From Eledone cirrhosa (taxonomy: Eukaryota), in the NCBI GenBank assembly GCA_964016885.1, contig OZ024743.1, forward strand, positions 281,852,001 through 281,916,000: 64,000 nt of DNA. The letters run 5' to 3'. The notes beneath the pieces are model-generated. The model had not been told where the DNA came from, ran no database searches, and was given only the letters and a program-made list of their open reading frames with translations. This document shows positions 51,415-63,945 of this stretch, piece by piece. Positions within the stretch are counted from its first letter, which is position 1. Every line of letters begins with the position of its first letter. Made by a program: the position numbers and the translations under genes.

Positions 51415-52082
51415 ATACATGTACGCACACACATGCACATGCACATATGTACAGATGCATCCACATACATATGCACGCATACACATCAACACACATATAT
51501 GCACTCACATACACATACACATAGATGTATGCACACGCCTACACACTCACATACACATGTACATATATACAGATGCGTGCACATACACACACACATGCAC
51601 ACAGATATATGTACTCACAAATACATATGCACATGCATATATGTACAGATGCATCCTTATATATATGCACGCATACATATATGCATTCACACATGCACAC
51701 ACATAAATGCACTCACATACACATACACATGCACGCACGCACATTCTCTGACATACATGTACATGTACACACTCACATATACATACACACACATGTATGC
51801 ACTCACATATACATACACACAGGCAAGCGCACACACACACATAAAGATATGCACATTATTGATATATATATAGATATTAGATACCAAGTAAACAATTATG
51901 GAGACACCATCCATGCATTAAGCTGATTTTTTTTTTTTAATAACTGTGTTTTTACTACTAACAATAGTTCCCTGGTGTGAGAACATGAAAATTGTAAATT
52001 TGCAACTGACACATACACATACACATACACATGCACACACACACAAACATATATATGTGTATCATATTCATATATACATATT

Positions 52083-52114
<32 letters not shown>

Positions 52115-52122
52115 CACATACA
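51415..52122. repeat. Degenerate (CA/TA)n microsatellite
   Basis: Seen directly. Confidence 0.9.
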
Positions 52123-52959
52123 TGATTACAATATGATGGCTGCAACTCGATTTCAACTAATGCCATTGTTTGATACTTAAGCATGAGCATCATGGACATG
52201 GCCTTTTAGTCCTGTTAGGGACTTGTCTATGGCCAACCATGTGATGCATCACAAAAAAATGTCACATATCCAGCGATGCCTTTCCTAATAGCTTTTTTAA
52301 GTGAGGAAAGGCTTTGCATGGGGCCAGTCCCACTCTCTGACCATGGAATGCATTTACCCAAAAAGTAGAACTGATCCACATCATTGGATGCAAATGAAGT
52401 CGCAGGTTTTATAGAGTGACCTTCTCCAAGAGAGATATCTTAAGGAAGACTAGAAGTCTCTCGCCCCACAAAAAAAAGAATCTTTATTGGATGGCTGTTG
52501 ACTCTCCTGAGTTCCTCCATCAAAGGGTGGACATACATACATATATACATCATTTTATGTACATTTTCCATAACAAAGGTTGGACGGGTCATTATGGTCC
52601 AGGACTTGGTGGGTCAGAGATCCACATCTTGCTCATACATTCTATATTTTATCATTACAGTGTGCTAGATGCATTTTAATGTCATGGCACACATATATAT
52701 GTCATCATCATCATCATAGTCGTTTTAATGTCCGATTTCCCTGCTAGCAAGGGTTGGACAGGTCTACATAGACCAAGTCAGTGCTGAAGCAGAGTCACTG
52801 ATCTTGCAGACAGGCCAGGGATCTTTGTCTTGCATCTGTACAGCCAGCATTATGCCAAGTGCACAAGAGAGGTTGTCATGTCTTTGACAGAACTGAGGGT
52901 CCTCCCAAACCTTTGTTTAACAGGATTTCAATGGCTGGAACCCCTTCCTATCACTAACC

Positions 52960-53548
52960 AAAATGGCCTATATACAGAATGAAATCTCCCGGATATGCAC
53001 AGATGCAGTGAGTGTAGTGACAAACATACCAGCATGGTGGAATTCCAAAGAGTTCTCACCAAAAACAGCTACCCTACTTCTCTCACCAAACACTAAAATG
53101 CCAAGGCAGCAACACATAAAAGAAGAAGGAAGATATGTACCCCTAAGGATAACATATGCTACCTAAAGCTGCCACACTTCAATGAAAAGGTGACAGCTGC
53201 CATCACACAAGCCATCTGTAGGGAGGGACTGAATATATGGCTAGCACATTCTGGACCCTCTTTGAGGAGACTGCTCCACAGACACCAACCCACATAGAGC
53301 GATATAGGCATGCTTCCTAATTGTCCCTTCAACATTGCAGAAATGTGCATGGGAGCATATGTGGTCTAAAAAATGCAGCTCCTCATACATTGGAAGTACC
53401 ATTAAGAGACTACATACATGGATCAAGGAACGCATGACAATGAGAGCCTCTTCCATCAATAAACATTTTGACAGATGCCACAACCAAGACATTAAGGTCA
53501 CCATAGAAGTGAATGAAAGGAATACTGGAAATTTAAGAACTTTCGACA
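52960..53548 (+). mobile_element. Penelope-like element remnant (GIY-YIG endonuclease C-terminus)
   Basis: KKCSSSYIGSTIKRLHTWIKE...SINKHFDRC..DIKVTIEVNERNTGNLR. Confidence 0.65.
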
Positions 53549-53569
53549 TTATATATATGTATCATCATA

Positions 53570-54805
53570 ATCATCATCATCATTATTTTATGTCCGCTTT
53601 TCCCTGCTTGCAAGGGTTGGACGGGTCCTATTCAGCACAGCATCTCTCCACTTGTCACGGTCCTTCGTCATCTCCTCGGTGAGGTCTGCTCTCACCACCT
53701 CCGCTCATGTTTTTTTGTGGTCTACCTCTACTGCGTCTTCCTTCTACTGGGATTTCTTGGCACTTCTTTACCCAGCGGTCATCTTCCATGCGTATCACAT
53801 GTCCATACCATCTTAGTCTTCTCTCCTGTACACCACAACTTATCTCTCTTATACCCAGTTTCTATGCTTGGTCGTTCACGCACGTTGACATTGCACATCC
53901 AACGGAGCATGCTTGCTTCATTTCTCTCCAGCCGTCGCATATCCTCTGCAGTTGCTGTCCATGTCTCACTACCATGTAGCATCATGCATCTCACACAGGC
54001 ATCATATAACCGTCCTTTCGTACGCAGGGAGAAACCCTTCTTTGTCAACAGAGGAAGCAGCTCCCTAAACGTCTTCCAACCTGTCCTTATTCTAGACACT
54101 ATGGCCTCGGAACACTCCCCTCCCATGCTAATCTGATCACCTAGGTACCAGAAGCTATCAACCACTTCTATAGAACCCACCTGCATTAGAAAAATGTGTC
54201 TATCACTGTGATTACTACTGCCAACTTTCCCTGTACATCTACTGCATACGTATTTCTCCCTACCTGTTAGTTTGCCTGCTATCCCACTACATCTTTTGTG
54301 TACCCAAGTCTTGCAGAGGCACCTCTCTATCTCACCTCTTGCACACAGCACACATCCACATGCCTTCTATCCAGCATCTGCGCTATCTCACCAGATCTAC
54401 CTGTTAGAGTGCCAACATTAAGTGTGGCAACTCTGAGATGCGACGTCTCGTTCTTTTTTCCTGTTGTGCGATTGCTTGATGACGGCCGTGGGATTCTCAC
54501 ACATGGCCTCACTAGCCACTCCACTACCGTGCGCAGCCCTAACATGGTTAGTGTTATTGCTGTTTATACAGTTGTTGTTGTGCGATTGCTTGATGACGGT
54601 CAGGGGGTTCTCGCACATGGCTGCACCAGCCACCCCACTACCGTGCGCAGCCCTTACATGGTTAGTGTTATTGCTGATTACGCAGTTGTTTTTGTGCGAT
54701 TGCTTGATGACGGTCAGGGGGTTCTCGCACATGGCTGCACCAGCCACCCCACTACCGTGCGCAGCCCTTACATGGTTAGTGTTATTGCTGATTACGCAGT
54801 TGTTA
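53570..54805 (-). mobile_element. Internally deleted (bipartite) RTE element with three 114-bp tandem units upstream
   Basis: EN start HLRVATLNVGTLTGRSGE..DVCCVQEVR joined at ~54320 directly to post-RT CKTWVHKRCSG...MLHGSETW; repeat units start at 54466, 54580 and 54694. Confidence 0.8.
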
Positions 54806-55083
54806 CAAATCTCATTCGTTGTGCTCATAGTTTTTGGCAGAAGTATATATACTGGTTGGATGCCCTTCCTAACACCAGCACCACTTTACAGCATGGACTG
54901 GGTGCTTTCATTCGTGCCACCAGCACTAGAGAGCTTGTCTTACTGGACTCAGGGCCCTCTGTATCCTTCCATTTTACAGCATGGACTAGGTGCTTTTATT
55001 TGTGCCACCAGCACTAGAGAGGTCGTCTTACTGGACTCAGTATATATATATATATATCATTATCATTATTATTATTATTATTA

Positions 55084-55289
55084 GGGTGGTGGATTGGCAG
55101 TATTGGTAGAGGGTCGGACGCCATGCTTTGACGCATAGAGTTACGTCTCTTGCCATTCTGAGTTCAAATCCCGCCGAGGTTAACTTTGCTTTTCATCCTT
55201 ACGAGGTCGATAAAATAAAGTACCAGTAATACACTGGGTAATTGCTGGCCTTGTTCCAAAAGTATAAACAATTATTATTATTATTATTA
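55084..55289 (+). mobile_element. SINE S1 between ATT tracts
   Basis: S1 consensus. Confidence 0.9.
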
Positions 55290-55692
55290 CCACAATCAGA
55301 AAAACCACCCGAAGGGTGGTTTTTGCTAGCATGTGTAGTAAGCATATTGATATTATACGCAAGTATATATACATGTAGATATGATACATAAAAAAAATCG
55401 TAATTGACAATATACACAGAAACGAAGACTGTGGTACACTCTCTTATGTAATCAGTAACGTAATTCATGATACATTAAAAAAAGACGATATTATATATAA
55501 ACTACATTAGGAGAAAATTAGTGATGGAAATATATGAATATTTATTTAAGTGATCACTAACCGGAAGTGTTGACATTTGAAAATTTTAAAGAAGTGAATC
55601 TTTAAATAAGCAATAAAATATATTTAATCAACAGCTACGAAATTTAGCAGATAGATTATGTAATATTCATTCATTATTTATTCAAAGTAAAT

Positions 55693-55881
55693 GGCGGTGG
55701 ATTGGCAGTATCGGTAGAGGGTCGGACGCCATGCTTTCCAGCATAGTTACGTCCCTTTACGATCTGAGTTCAAATCCCGCCGAGGTTGACTTTGCCTTTC
55801 ATCCTTATGGGGTCGATAAAATAAAGTACCAGTAATGCACTGGGTATTTGCTCGCCTTGTGCCTAAAGTAGAAACAATTAT
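55693..55881 (+). mobile_element. SINE S1 with 18-bp TSD
   Basis: ATTATTTATTCAAAGTAA at 55673-55690 and 55877-55894. Confidence 0.9.
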
Positions 55882-56144
55882 TTATTCAAAGTAATCGAAC
55901 TTATTTTACTAACTGGATTAAAAGAAATAAACTGTATGCAGTCCGGCACTCCTTACTTTATTATAGTTTAGATTTTTATTTTTCCCCTTATATCAGCAAA
56001 CTACCAACAGACAGAACCAAAACCCTTAGATAATATATTATCTCCTAAGGAGGTAGTGGAGTGCAGTTATCTCAGAGTTTCAGGAGAGAAGGTGACATAA
56101 TTATGGTTCTTTTGTTTGTTCCTTAATTAAACCACAGGTGTAAT

Positions 56145-56347
56145 GTGTATTGTGGGTAGGTGTGTGTGTGTGTGTATTGGGAGCAAGTGACTGTGTTTTG
56201 GAAGTAGGTGTGTGTGTGTATTGGGAGCAGGTGTGAGTGTGTATTGGGAGCAGGTGTGAGTGTGTATTAGAGCAGGTGCGTATGTGTGTATTAGAGCAGA
56301 TGGTATGTATTGGGAGCAGGTGTGCGTGTATGTGTGTGTAGGGAGCG
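56145..56347. repeat. ~22-25-bp minisatellite (gtgtattgggagcaggtgtg..)
   Basis: About 8 imperfect units. Confidence 0.8.
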
Positions 56348-56631
56348 TTAACTGTATTCACATTCCTGAGAAATGGTGATGACAATCCCCTTAAATCTCA
56401 GTTGTAAGCTTGTGAGTGGGGTTGTGAGTTTGAATCCTGGAACAAGCAGTGTGTTGTATCCCAGAGCAAGACATTTTACTTTTACAATGCTCATAATCCA
56501 CTCAGCTGGAAAATATAATGGGCTGCAACAACAATGGTGCCAAGTTTTATCAGCTTTTGCCTTTCCCTTGAACAATATTAGTAGTGTGGAGAAAGCTAAG
56601 CTAAGCCAAGCTAAGCTAGACACAGCTGTAT

Positions 56632-57344
56632 CAATCTGATCCCAGATCAGATCTGATAATACAGGCAGAGTCAGATCATGTTGACTAATAATACAAATAT
56701 CAGATCTGATCTGATGCTGGATCAGTGCCAGATCAGATCTGATAATACAGGCAGTCTGATAGTGTTGACTAATAATACAGACATCAGATCTGATCCCGGA
56801 TCAGATCCAATAATACAGGTAGTCGGATAGTGTTGATTAATAATACAGACATCAAATCCGATTCCAGATCAGATCAGAACCAATTCCAGATCGGAACAGA
56901 TCCGATAATACAGGCAGTCTGATAGTGTTGACTAATAGTACAGACATCAGATCCAATGCTGGATCAGATTCGATTCCAGATCGCTCCGATCCTGGATTAG
57001 ATCAGATCTGATAATACAGGCAGTCTGATAATGTTGAATAATAATACAGACATCAGATCCGATGCCAGATCCAATCTGATCAAGGATCAGACCTGATGTC
57101 AGATCAGATCTGATAATACAGGCAGTCAGATAGTGTTGATTAATAATACAGACATCAGATCCAATGCCAGATCAGATCAGATCCTGGATCAGATTTAATT
57201 CCAGATCGTTCAGATCTTGGATTAGATAAGATCCTATAATACAGACAGTCTGATAGTGTTGACTAATAATACAAACATCAGATCCGATTCCAGATTAGGT
57301 CCGATGCCAGATCAGACCTGATAATACAGGCAGTCTAATAGTGT
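56632..57344. repeat. Satellite: conserved ~50-bp core with variable GATC-rich linkers, 8 units
   Basis: Core 'gataatacaggcagtctgatagtgttgactaataatacagacatcagatc' starts at ~56655, 56741, 56809, 56904, 57010, 57112, 57236 and 57320. Confidence 0.9.
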
Positions 57345-57514
57345 ATATACATATATGTGTGTGTGTGTGAGTGGTGTTGTAGTTCGCTTGAAGCCTTGTG
57401 GGATATGAGATAGAAATACGACTAAGAAATAAATTTGGTTATCTGGAAGCCTGACAATGCATGTTTGGTAAAAAATGCCATGGTAATAAGAAAGTAGAAG
57501 GATAAAAAGAACAC

Positions 57515-58690
57515 ATCATCATCATCATCATGATCATCGTTTTACGTCCGTTCTTCCACGCTAGCATGGGTTAGACGGGTTGTCCTGTTGTGGGCAGTGT
57601 CTGGTCGGCTGACCATGCCTTGCTCATACAGGAACTGATTTGGCTTGATTTCTACAGCTGGATGCCCTTCCTAACACCAACCTCATTTACAGTGAGTGCT
57701 GGGTGCTTTTTCGTGGCGCCTAGACGTCCACTTTACAGTGTGGGCTGGGTGCTTTTTTGCCGTGGCACCTCCACGACCACCTTGCAGTGGGGGGTGTGGG
57801 GGCATATTGTCTATATGCTTCAGCTTGTACCCATGGGAGGTCGGGTACTCTGTATTACTGCGTGACGCCAGAGGTCACGGTCGTGTGTCATCGCCTTTGA
57901 GAGGTGTAATTGGGTAAGGTCGGCTTTTATCACCTCATCCCAGGTCATCTTGGGTCTCCCCACTCCGCGGTTTCCATCGACTTCTAGTGCTCTGCACCTT
58001 TTTATGTAGCTGTCATCCTTCATACGTATCACATGTCCATACCAACGCAACCGCCTCTCCTGCACACAGCATTTGATTCCTCTTATGCTCAGTCTCTCTC
58101 TCAATTCATTTATGCTGTGTCGTTCGCGTATATTACTGTTTCACATGCATCGGAGCATGCAGGCTTTGTTTCTCTCTAATCTACGTAAGTCTTCCACCTT
58201 CAGCGCCCAGGTCTCACTACCATGCAACATCGCTGTTCGGATACACGCATCATACAGTCTGCCTTTCATTTTGAGGGAGAAGCCTTTTGCAGCTAGCAAT
58301 GGTAGTAGTTCCCTAAACTTCTTCCATCCCGTTCTTACCCTAGTTATTGTACTTTCTGAACACCCACCTCCGCTGCTAATTCGGTCACCTAGGTAGCAGA
58401 AGCTGTCTACTGTTTCTACAGAGCCCTCCCAGAGATTGGTGGTACTTGTTTCCTGTGGCTGTTTGCTGCTTGCTGTCCCAGCACAGCTGCTGCATGTGAA
58501 GCCTACATTCTTAATTAAGCTTCCTGAGATCCTGCTACATCTCTTGTGTACCCATTGTTTGAATTTGGGGCAAAGAATGGAGTTCCTACCTACACCTTTC
58601 CTACATACTGAGCAAGGCCATTTCCCTGAGGGGATCTGGGTTCTGTTTTCTCGTCTGCTTACAAGGACCTTAGTCTTATAAGGACCTTAG
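57515..58690 (-). mobile_element. RTE LINE 3' portion
   Basis: PCSVCRKGVGRNSILC..WVHKRC, MLHGSETW, ERRLRWYGHVIRM, GRPKMTW; 3' UTR and (GAT)n. Confidence 0.88.
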
Positions 58691-60184
58691 TGAAGTGAAA
58701 TAAAAGAGTGAGGATGATAGAAAGTTACCTTATGAATTTTTAATGGTCCCAAAATATAAGGTGGCCACTGAAAGACTGAATGATATAAAACAAAAATAAC
58801 TTTTACAAACACATGGTTTTTTATTTGGAAATTTAAGTAATAGATTTTTTTCAGTATTATGCGTGAAAAACAAGGGATGCTCTATAACCTGCAAAAAAAA
58901 AGAAAATAAAAAAGATTGAAAACGAACAAGTTTTTCAATGGCCACCCTGTATTTTCGGATTTTCCATCCAATATCATGGGGAGTCCGTATGTATGTGGGG
59001 AGGGAGTGACCTCAGAGAGAAACCTGAGAAATGTCATGGGCAGATATTTAATAAAATACATTAACGTTTAATGTTGTTTGTGCATGTGTATAAGGAGAAT
59101 GTGTGTATGTGTTTGATATATGTGCATGTGTGGTGGGTTAAGTGTGCATGTGTAGGGAAGAACAGATTGTTAAGAGATAAAGGAGTAAAGGTGTGTGAGC
59201 GTAGTTGTAAAAAGTGAGTTGTATCTGTAATTCAAAGGGAAAGCCTCAATACACTCTGTATCATGCTGTATCTTCTTGAGAATAATGTTATGGGTACATG
59301 TGTCTGTGGAATACTCAACCACTTGCATGTTAGTTTCACAAGCAGGTTGTTCCATTACTCAAAGAACTGGAACACTTGTCAGCAGAATCAGCAGAGGTTC
59401 AACACACACATACACACATTTGTGTATGTATGTGTGTGTATACATATAAGTATACTGTAGTGTACATTGCTTTATATTCTTTATCACTCACAATCTCAAA
59501 GAAAAGCTGGATATTGTTACTGCCAAGACATGCTTAGGCACGAGCATTATAGTATGATCTTCCGATCATACAAGAAAATTTACTTCTTAGTTGAAGCCCC
59601 ATAGGAGCACATTACAAATCCCATAGCATTTTGAATTTATTTTAAAATCCCACAGATTTTCTAGATTTTATTAAATCTGCTTAATTGATAACAGGGAAAA
59701 GGGTGTGACATAGATAAATGTTATTGAGATGAAGAATTTTCATAGATCTTTGTGTCAGTAAAAGTAGATGGAAATCTGAAGACAATTTTTAATCTCTTGA
59801 CAATGGATTTCTGAGAGATATGCATTTTTATTTGCATTCCTGGTGTACATTTTCATTTGGAATGCATTCCCTCATTCCTCTAGTGATTTAATTTTAAAAA
59901 AAAAATTCTTTCATTTTAATAGATTAGATTTTATATCAGTAAGTGGTGACAATGAACAATGTAGGATTTTTTCTTTAGACATGTTTTAGGATGAGGATTG
60001 GGGTAACCCCTTCCCCTCCTCCCTCTCACCATCAGTTTTATGTTTGGTTTGCAAACATATAGTTCCAGCTTCAATTCCATTGTACAGTACCTTCAACTAA
60101 TGACTTCTATAAAAACCTTCAAATTTTTCAATGCCTTCTGAGTGGAATTAGGTAGCTGAAAACTGAGTGAAAGCTGGTTATATA

Positions 60185-61355
60185 TATATCAAGTAGTCAG
60201 GATGGTGTCATACACAATGACTGGTGCAGTAGTATCATTGGAAATTGTTACCAGGGCAAAGGAGATGTACTAGAGAAGTAACCACAAAAGCATCAAGCTG
60301 ATGGGCCAGGTCATGAAAGTTGCTGAAAGGGTCATAGCACATTGAATTAGAGAAAGAACCAAGTTAGATGGGATGCAGTTTGGATTTATGCCAGGTAGGG
60401 GTACTATTGATGCCATCCCTCTGGTGAGACAACTGAAGGAGAGGTACTTAACTAAGAGTAAGCCACTGTATCTAGCATTTGTAGATCTGAGAAGGTCTTT
60501 GACAGGGTTCCATTCTCTATAATCTGGTGAGCACTTAGCCTGCATGGCCCTCACAAGCCATTCATCTACACCTAGCTTCCTGTGTGTAGAGGAGCAGCCA
60601 GTAGAGTGAGAGTTTGCAATAAGTAAAAATGATGAATTTGAAGTGCAAGTGGGGTTCCACCAAGGATCAGTTCTCAATCCACTTCTGTTTATCATTGTCC
60701 TTCAGGCCATCACTGAGGAGTTTAAAACTGGCACTCCATGGGAGCTCCTAAATGCTGACCACCTAGTCCTCATAGTGAAATCCATAGAAGAGTTAAAGGC
60801 AGAATTTCAAACATGGAAGAAGAACCTAGTGTTGAAAGGCCTAAAAATAAACAAAAATCTTAATAAGTAGTAAAGAGGACAGCAAAGTAATACCATTAGG
60901 AAAGTGGCAAAAATGCCATAAGGTACACACAGTAGAATCTATAAACACACAGAGATGTAGTGGGATTGCAGGCAGAGAGAAATGAAGAAACCATGCTTAA
61001 TTGGATATGCAATGTAAATGTGAGAGAAAGACAGAGCTTGGATGAGCTGAGGGAGAAGCTGGGTTTATGAGGAATCTGAAGCAGTGTGCAGGAGAGAAGA
61101 CTGCGTTGGTGCAGAGATGTGATACACATGGATGGGTGAAGAAGTGCCAGGAAATACCAGTGAAAGGAAGCTGCAGTAGAGGTAGACCAAGAAAGACTTT
61201 GGCAGAGATGATAAATAAGAGCTGATTTTAAATCACTGAGAATCACAGATGTGATGACAAAGGAACGCAATGAGTAGGGAGATGCTGTACTGGAAAGGAC
61301 CCATCCAACTCATGCAAGCAGAGAAAGGCAGATGTAAAAATGATGATTATGATGA
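60185..61355 (+). mobile_element. Decayed RTE RT to 3' end
   Basis: MQFGFMPGRGTIDAI, VGFHQGSVLNPLLF, LLNADHLVL, GRPRKT. Confidence 0.8.
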
Positions 61356-61489
61356 TCATGATCACAGAATTTGTTATGCCAAACATGTTAGAATCACTAA
61401 TCACAATAAATATTCAGAAAATATATCAAGTTTTCAATGAAATTTGATTATTTTCTTTAACGTGGGCAACCCTGGGTACTTCTGCTAGT

Positions 61490-63098
61490 ATATATATAAA
61501 ATAGCTTGTTTGTTTGTCTGTTTGTCTTCTATACAGTTACAAACCAGGGGACCAATCATGTTTAAACTTGGCATGTGAGTTCCTTGCACTCGGGAATTGC
61601 TTTCCCTCACACTTGGATCTATATTTATTTGTTCATATGTTGTTTGTATGTTTGTCAATTTGTGGTAATGGGGGCCGTCATTAGTTATTGTCTTCACTAC
61701 AACAGAATGTAATGGAAAATAGACAGAACGAAGTGAGAATTTGAGAGAAAGTCAGTACACATGAAATTAAATAGAGTACTGAAAGCCAAAGATGGAACTA
61801 AGCAAGTAAGTTCACAATGCATAAATGAAGAGAGATAAAAAAAGAAGAAAGTGAGTGACATATGTTCAACATATTAGTTGACACAAAAGCAACAAACACA
61901 TGCTTGCTTCAGTATTGAATGTCTTCCTTTCTCGCCTGCATGAAAGGAGGTATGACTAAAACATAAAGTAACAACACATGCCTGCTTTAATATCAAAACA
62001 TGTTCTCTCTTCTATCAGCTGCTGCACATTTTGTCATACATTCTTTATATCTCTTCTGTGTGTATGTCATATCTAGTTCATATTGAGCCCATGAACAAAA
62101 ACGACCTCCATAGCATTCGAGGGCATTGTGTTTGTATTTTAATGCATGATAAGGGAAGTAACTTTGAGGAAGTTGTAGTTGATGATAGTGGTGACACTGT
62201 TGACATCTCACTGTTACCAGGACTACCAACATTATTTTTCCAAGCTCAAGAAAGCTTCTATATATAAATTTGAAAGCAGAGGCAATGAAGCAGAGTTCCA
62301 GCTAGATCCTGTCAATAAAGTCTCCATTCAAGTCTCAACAAGTCTCTGATATCTAAATGCCTAAATGCCAGCAAAATGGCACCCAGGAGTCATGACCGGG
62401 AAGCAGCCCAGTCCCCTTAGAGTGTAAGAGGTTAAGGACCAAAACACTTGGGGATTTCTTCTCTGAAAACCTGCTGTCCAGCACTCTTAAGAATTTCATC
62501 CCACTATCTTCTTATCTTATCCTTCCTGTGTGTGTATATATGACACATCATCATATATAGCTCCATGTGTATATGTGTGTGTATCAGCCTCTCATTAAAT
62601 TTTGATTTCTTTATTTGATTTATGGAAACACTACTAAAAATAACATTTTTTTGACACCTGTAATATCTTTTTGCATATTCATATCCGTTAGTTTTTGGTT
62701 GTTATTTCTCAAAAATTACTGAAAGTTAATGCAGTGAGTCCTGTTTCAACAAAATTCGACTCAATTGAGATCCATCATTAACAAAAAAATTCAAATTTTT
62801 AGATAAACAATAGTCTCAAGATCCAAGGGCAAGTGTACCACAGAATTTAACCACTTCAGCCACTTTCAGAAGAAGAACCAAAATATTTATGTTTGTATTT
62901 CATCAGTGATATGAAAACCCAAGCATAGACGAGGCATGAAGGAAATAAAAAAACAAAGTACGAGATCATATTGCATCTACAAGATATGTTACATACAAGA
63001 AACAGCTATATTAGAAATTGCAAATATGCCATAGTAAAAGTTTTGAATGAAATTCCATTATTATTTTTAACCTGGGCAACATCGGGTATTTCTGCTAG
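61490..63098 (+). mobile_element. Putative non-autonomous Helitron, preceded by another Helitron 3' end at 61459-61488
   Basis: 5' 'tatatataaaa..gtttgtttgtctgtttgtc..aaacttggcatg'; 3' ends '..gggcaac..gggta.ttctgCTAG|t' at 61488 and 63098. Confidence 0.55.
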
Positions 63099-63113
63099 TA
63101 TATATATCTATAT

Positions 63114-63945
63114 AAAGGGTTCTCTCTAAAAATGAAAGGCAGGCTGTATGATGCCTGCATAGGAACAGCAATGTTACATGGCAGTGAGACCTGGGCATTG
63201 TGTGCAGAGGATATACGTAGACTGGAGAGGAACGAAGCTTGCATGCTCCGCTGGATGTGTAATAGTAATATACGTGAACGGCAAAGCATAAACGAACTAA
63301 GGGAAAAATTAGAAATAAGAGGGATCAGATGTTGTTTACTCGAGAGAAGACTACGTTGGTATGGTCACGTGATGCGCATGAAAGACGACAGCTGTATAAA
63401 AAAGTACAGGGCAATAAAAATAGACGGTAGCCACGGAGTAGGCAGACCCAGAAAAACTTGGGACGACTTGATAAAATCCGACCTCACACACTTACACCTC
63501 TCCAAGACAATGTCACTGGACCGAGATCTTTGGCGCTACACAGTAATACAGAAGACCCGCCTTACCTAAGTACGAAGTGAAACCTACTACAGTCAGTAGG
63601 TACCTCTAACAAAAATACACCCCTGTCCACACCACCCCTTTCAATGTAAAGTTATGTTGGTACCACAACATCCAGTCCGAAACAAATGAAATCGTGTAGG
63701 TGTCATGACAAAAAATACACAGTCCACGCTGTAATGTGGCTGTGTAGGTAACACGGTAAAAACCTCCCAGTCCATACTGTAAACGTGGTTGGTGTTAGGA
63801 AGGGCATCCAGCCGTAGAAAACCCGCCAGACAGTCCTATGCGAGCAAGACAACCACTCTTGCCTCAAGTGGGAAAACTCCCGTCCAAACCCATGCAAGCG
63901 TGAAAGATGGATGTTAAACGATGATGATGATGATGATGATGATGA
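63114..63945 (+). mobile_element. 5'-truncated RTE LINE with open C-terminal ORF (63132-63569) and (GAT)n tail
   Basis: KGRLYDACIGTAMLHGSETW..RRLRWYGHVMRM..GRPRKTW. Confidence 0.9.

Noticed and set aside
54298-55084. 206-239-aa ORFs over the tandem repeat
   Set aside because: The 114-bp unit is a multiple of 3 and stop-free in several frames; no domain is recognisable.
56632-57344. CRISPR array
   Set aside because: Linkers vary widely in length, are low-complexity and resemble each other; the context is eukaryotic and there are no cas genes.
62850-62912. Additional hammerhead-like cores (minus strand here; also ~21775-21800 and ~47103-47155)
   Set aside because: The core or stems do not satisfy the consensus (wrong cleavage base, unpaired stems).
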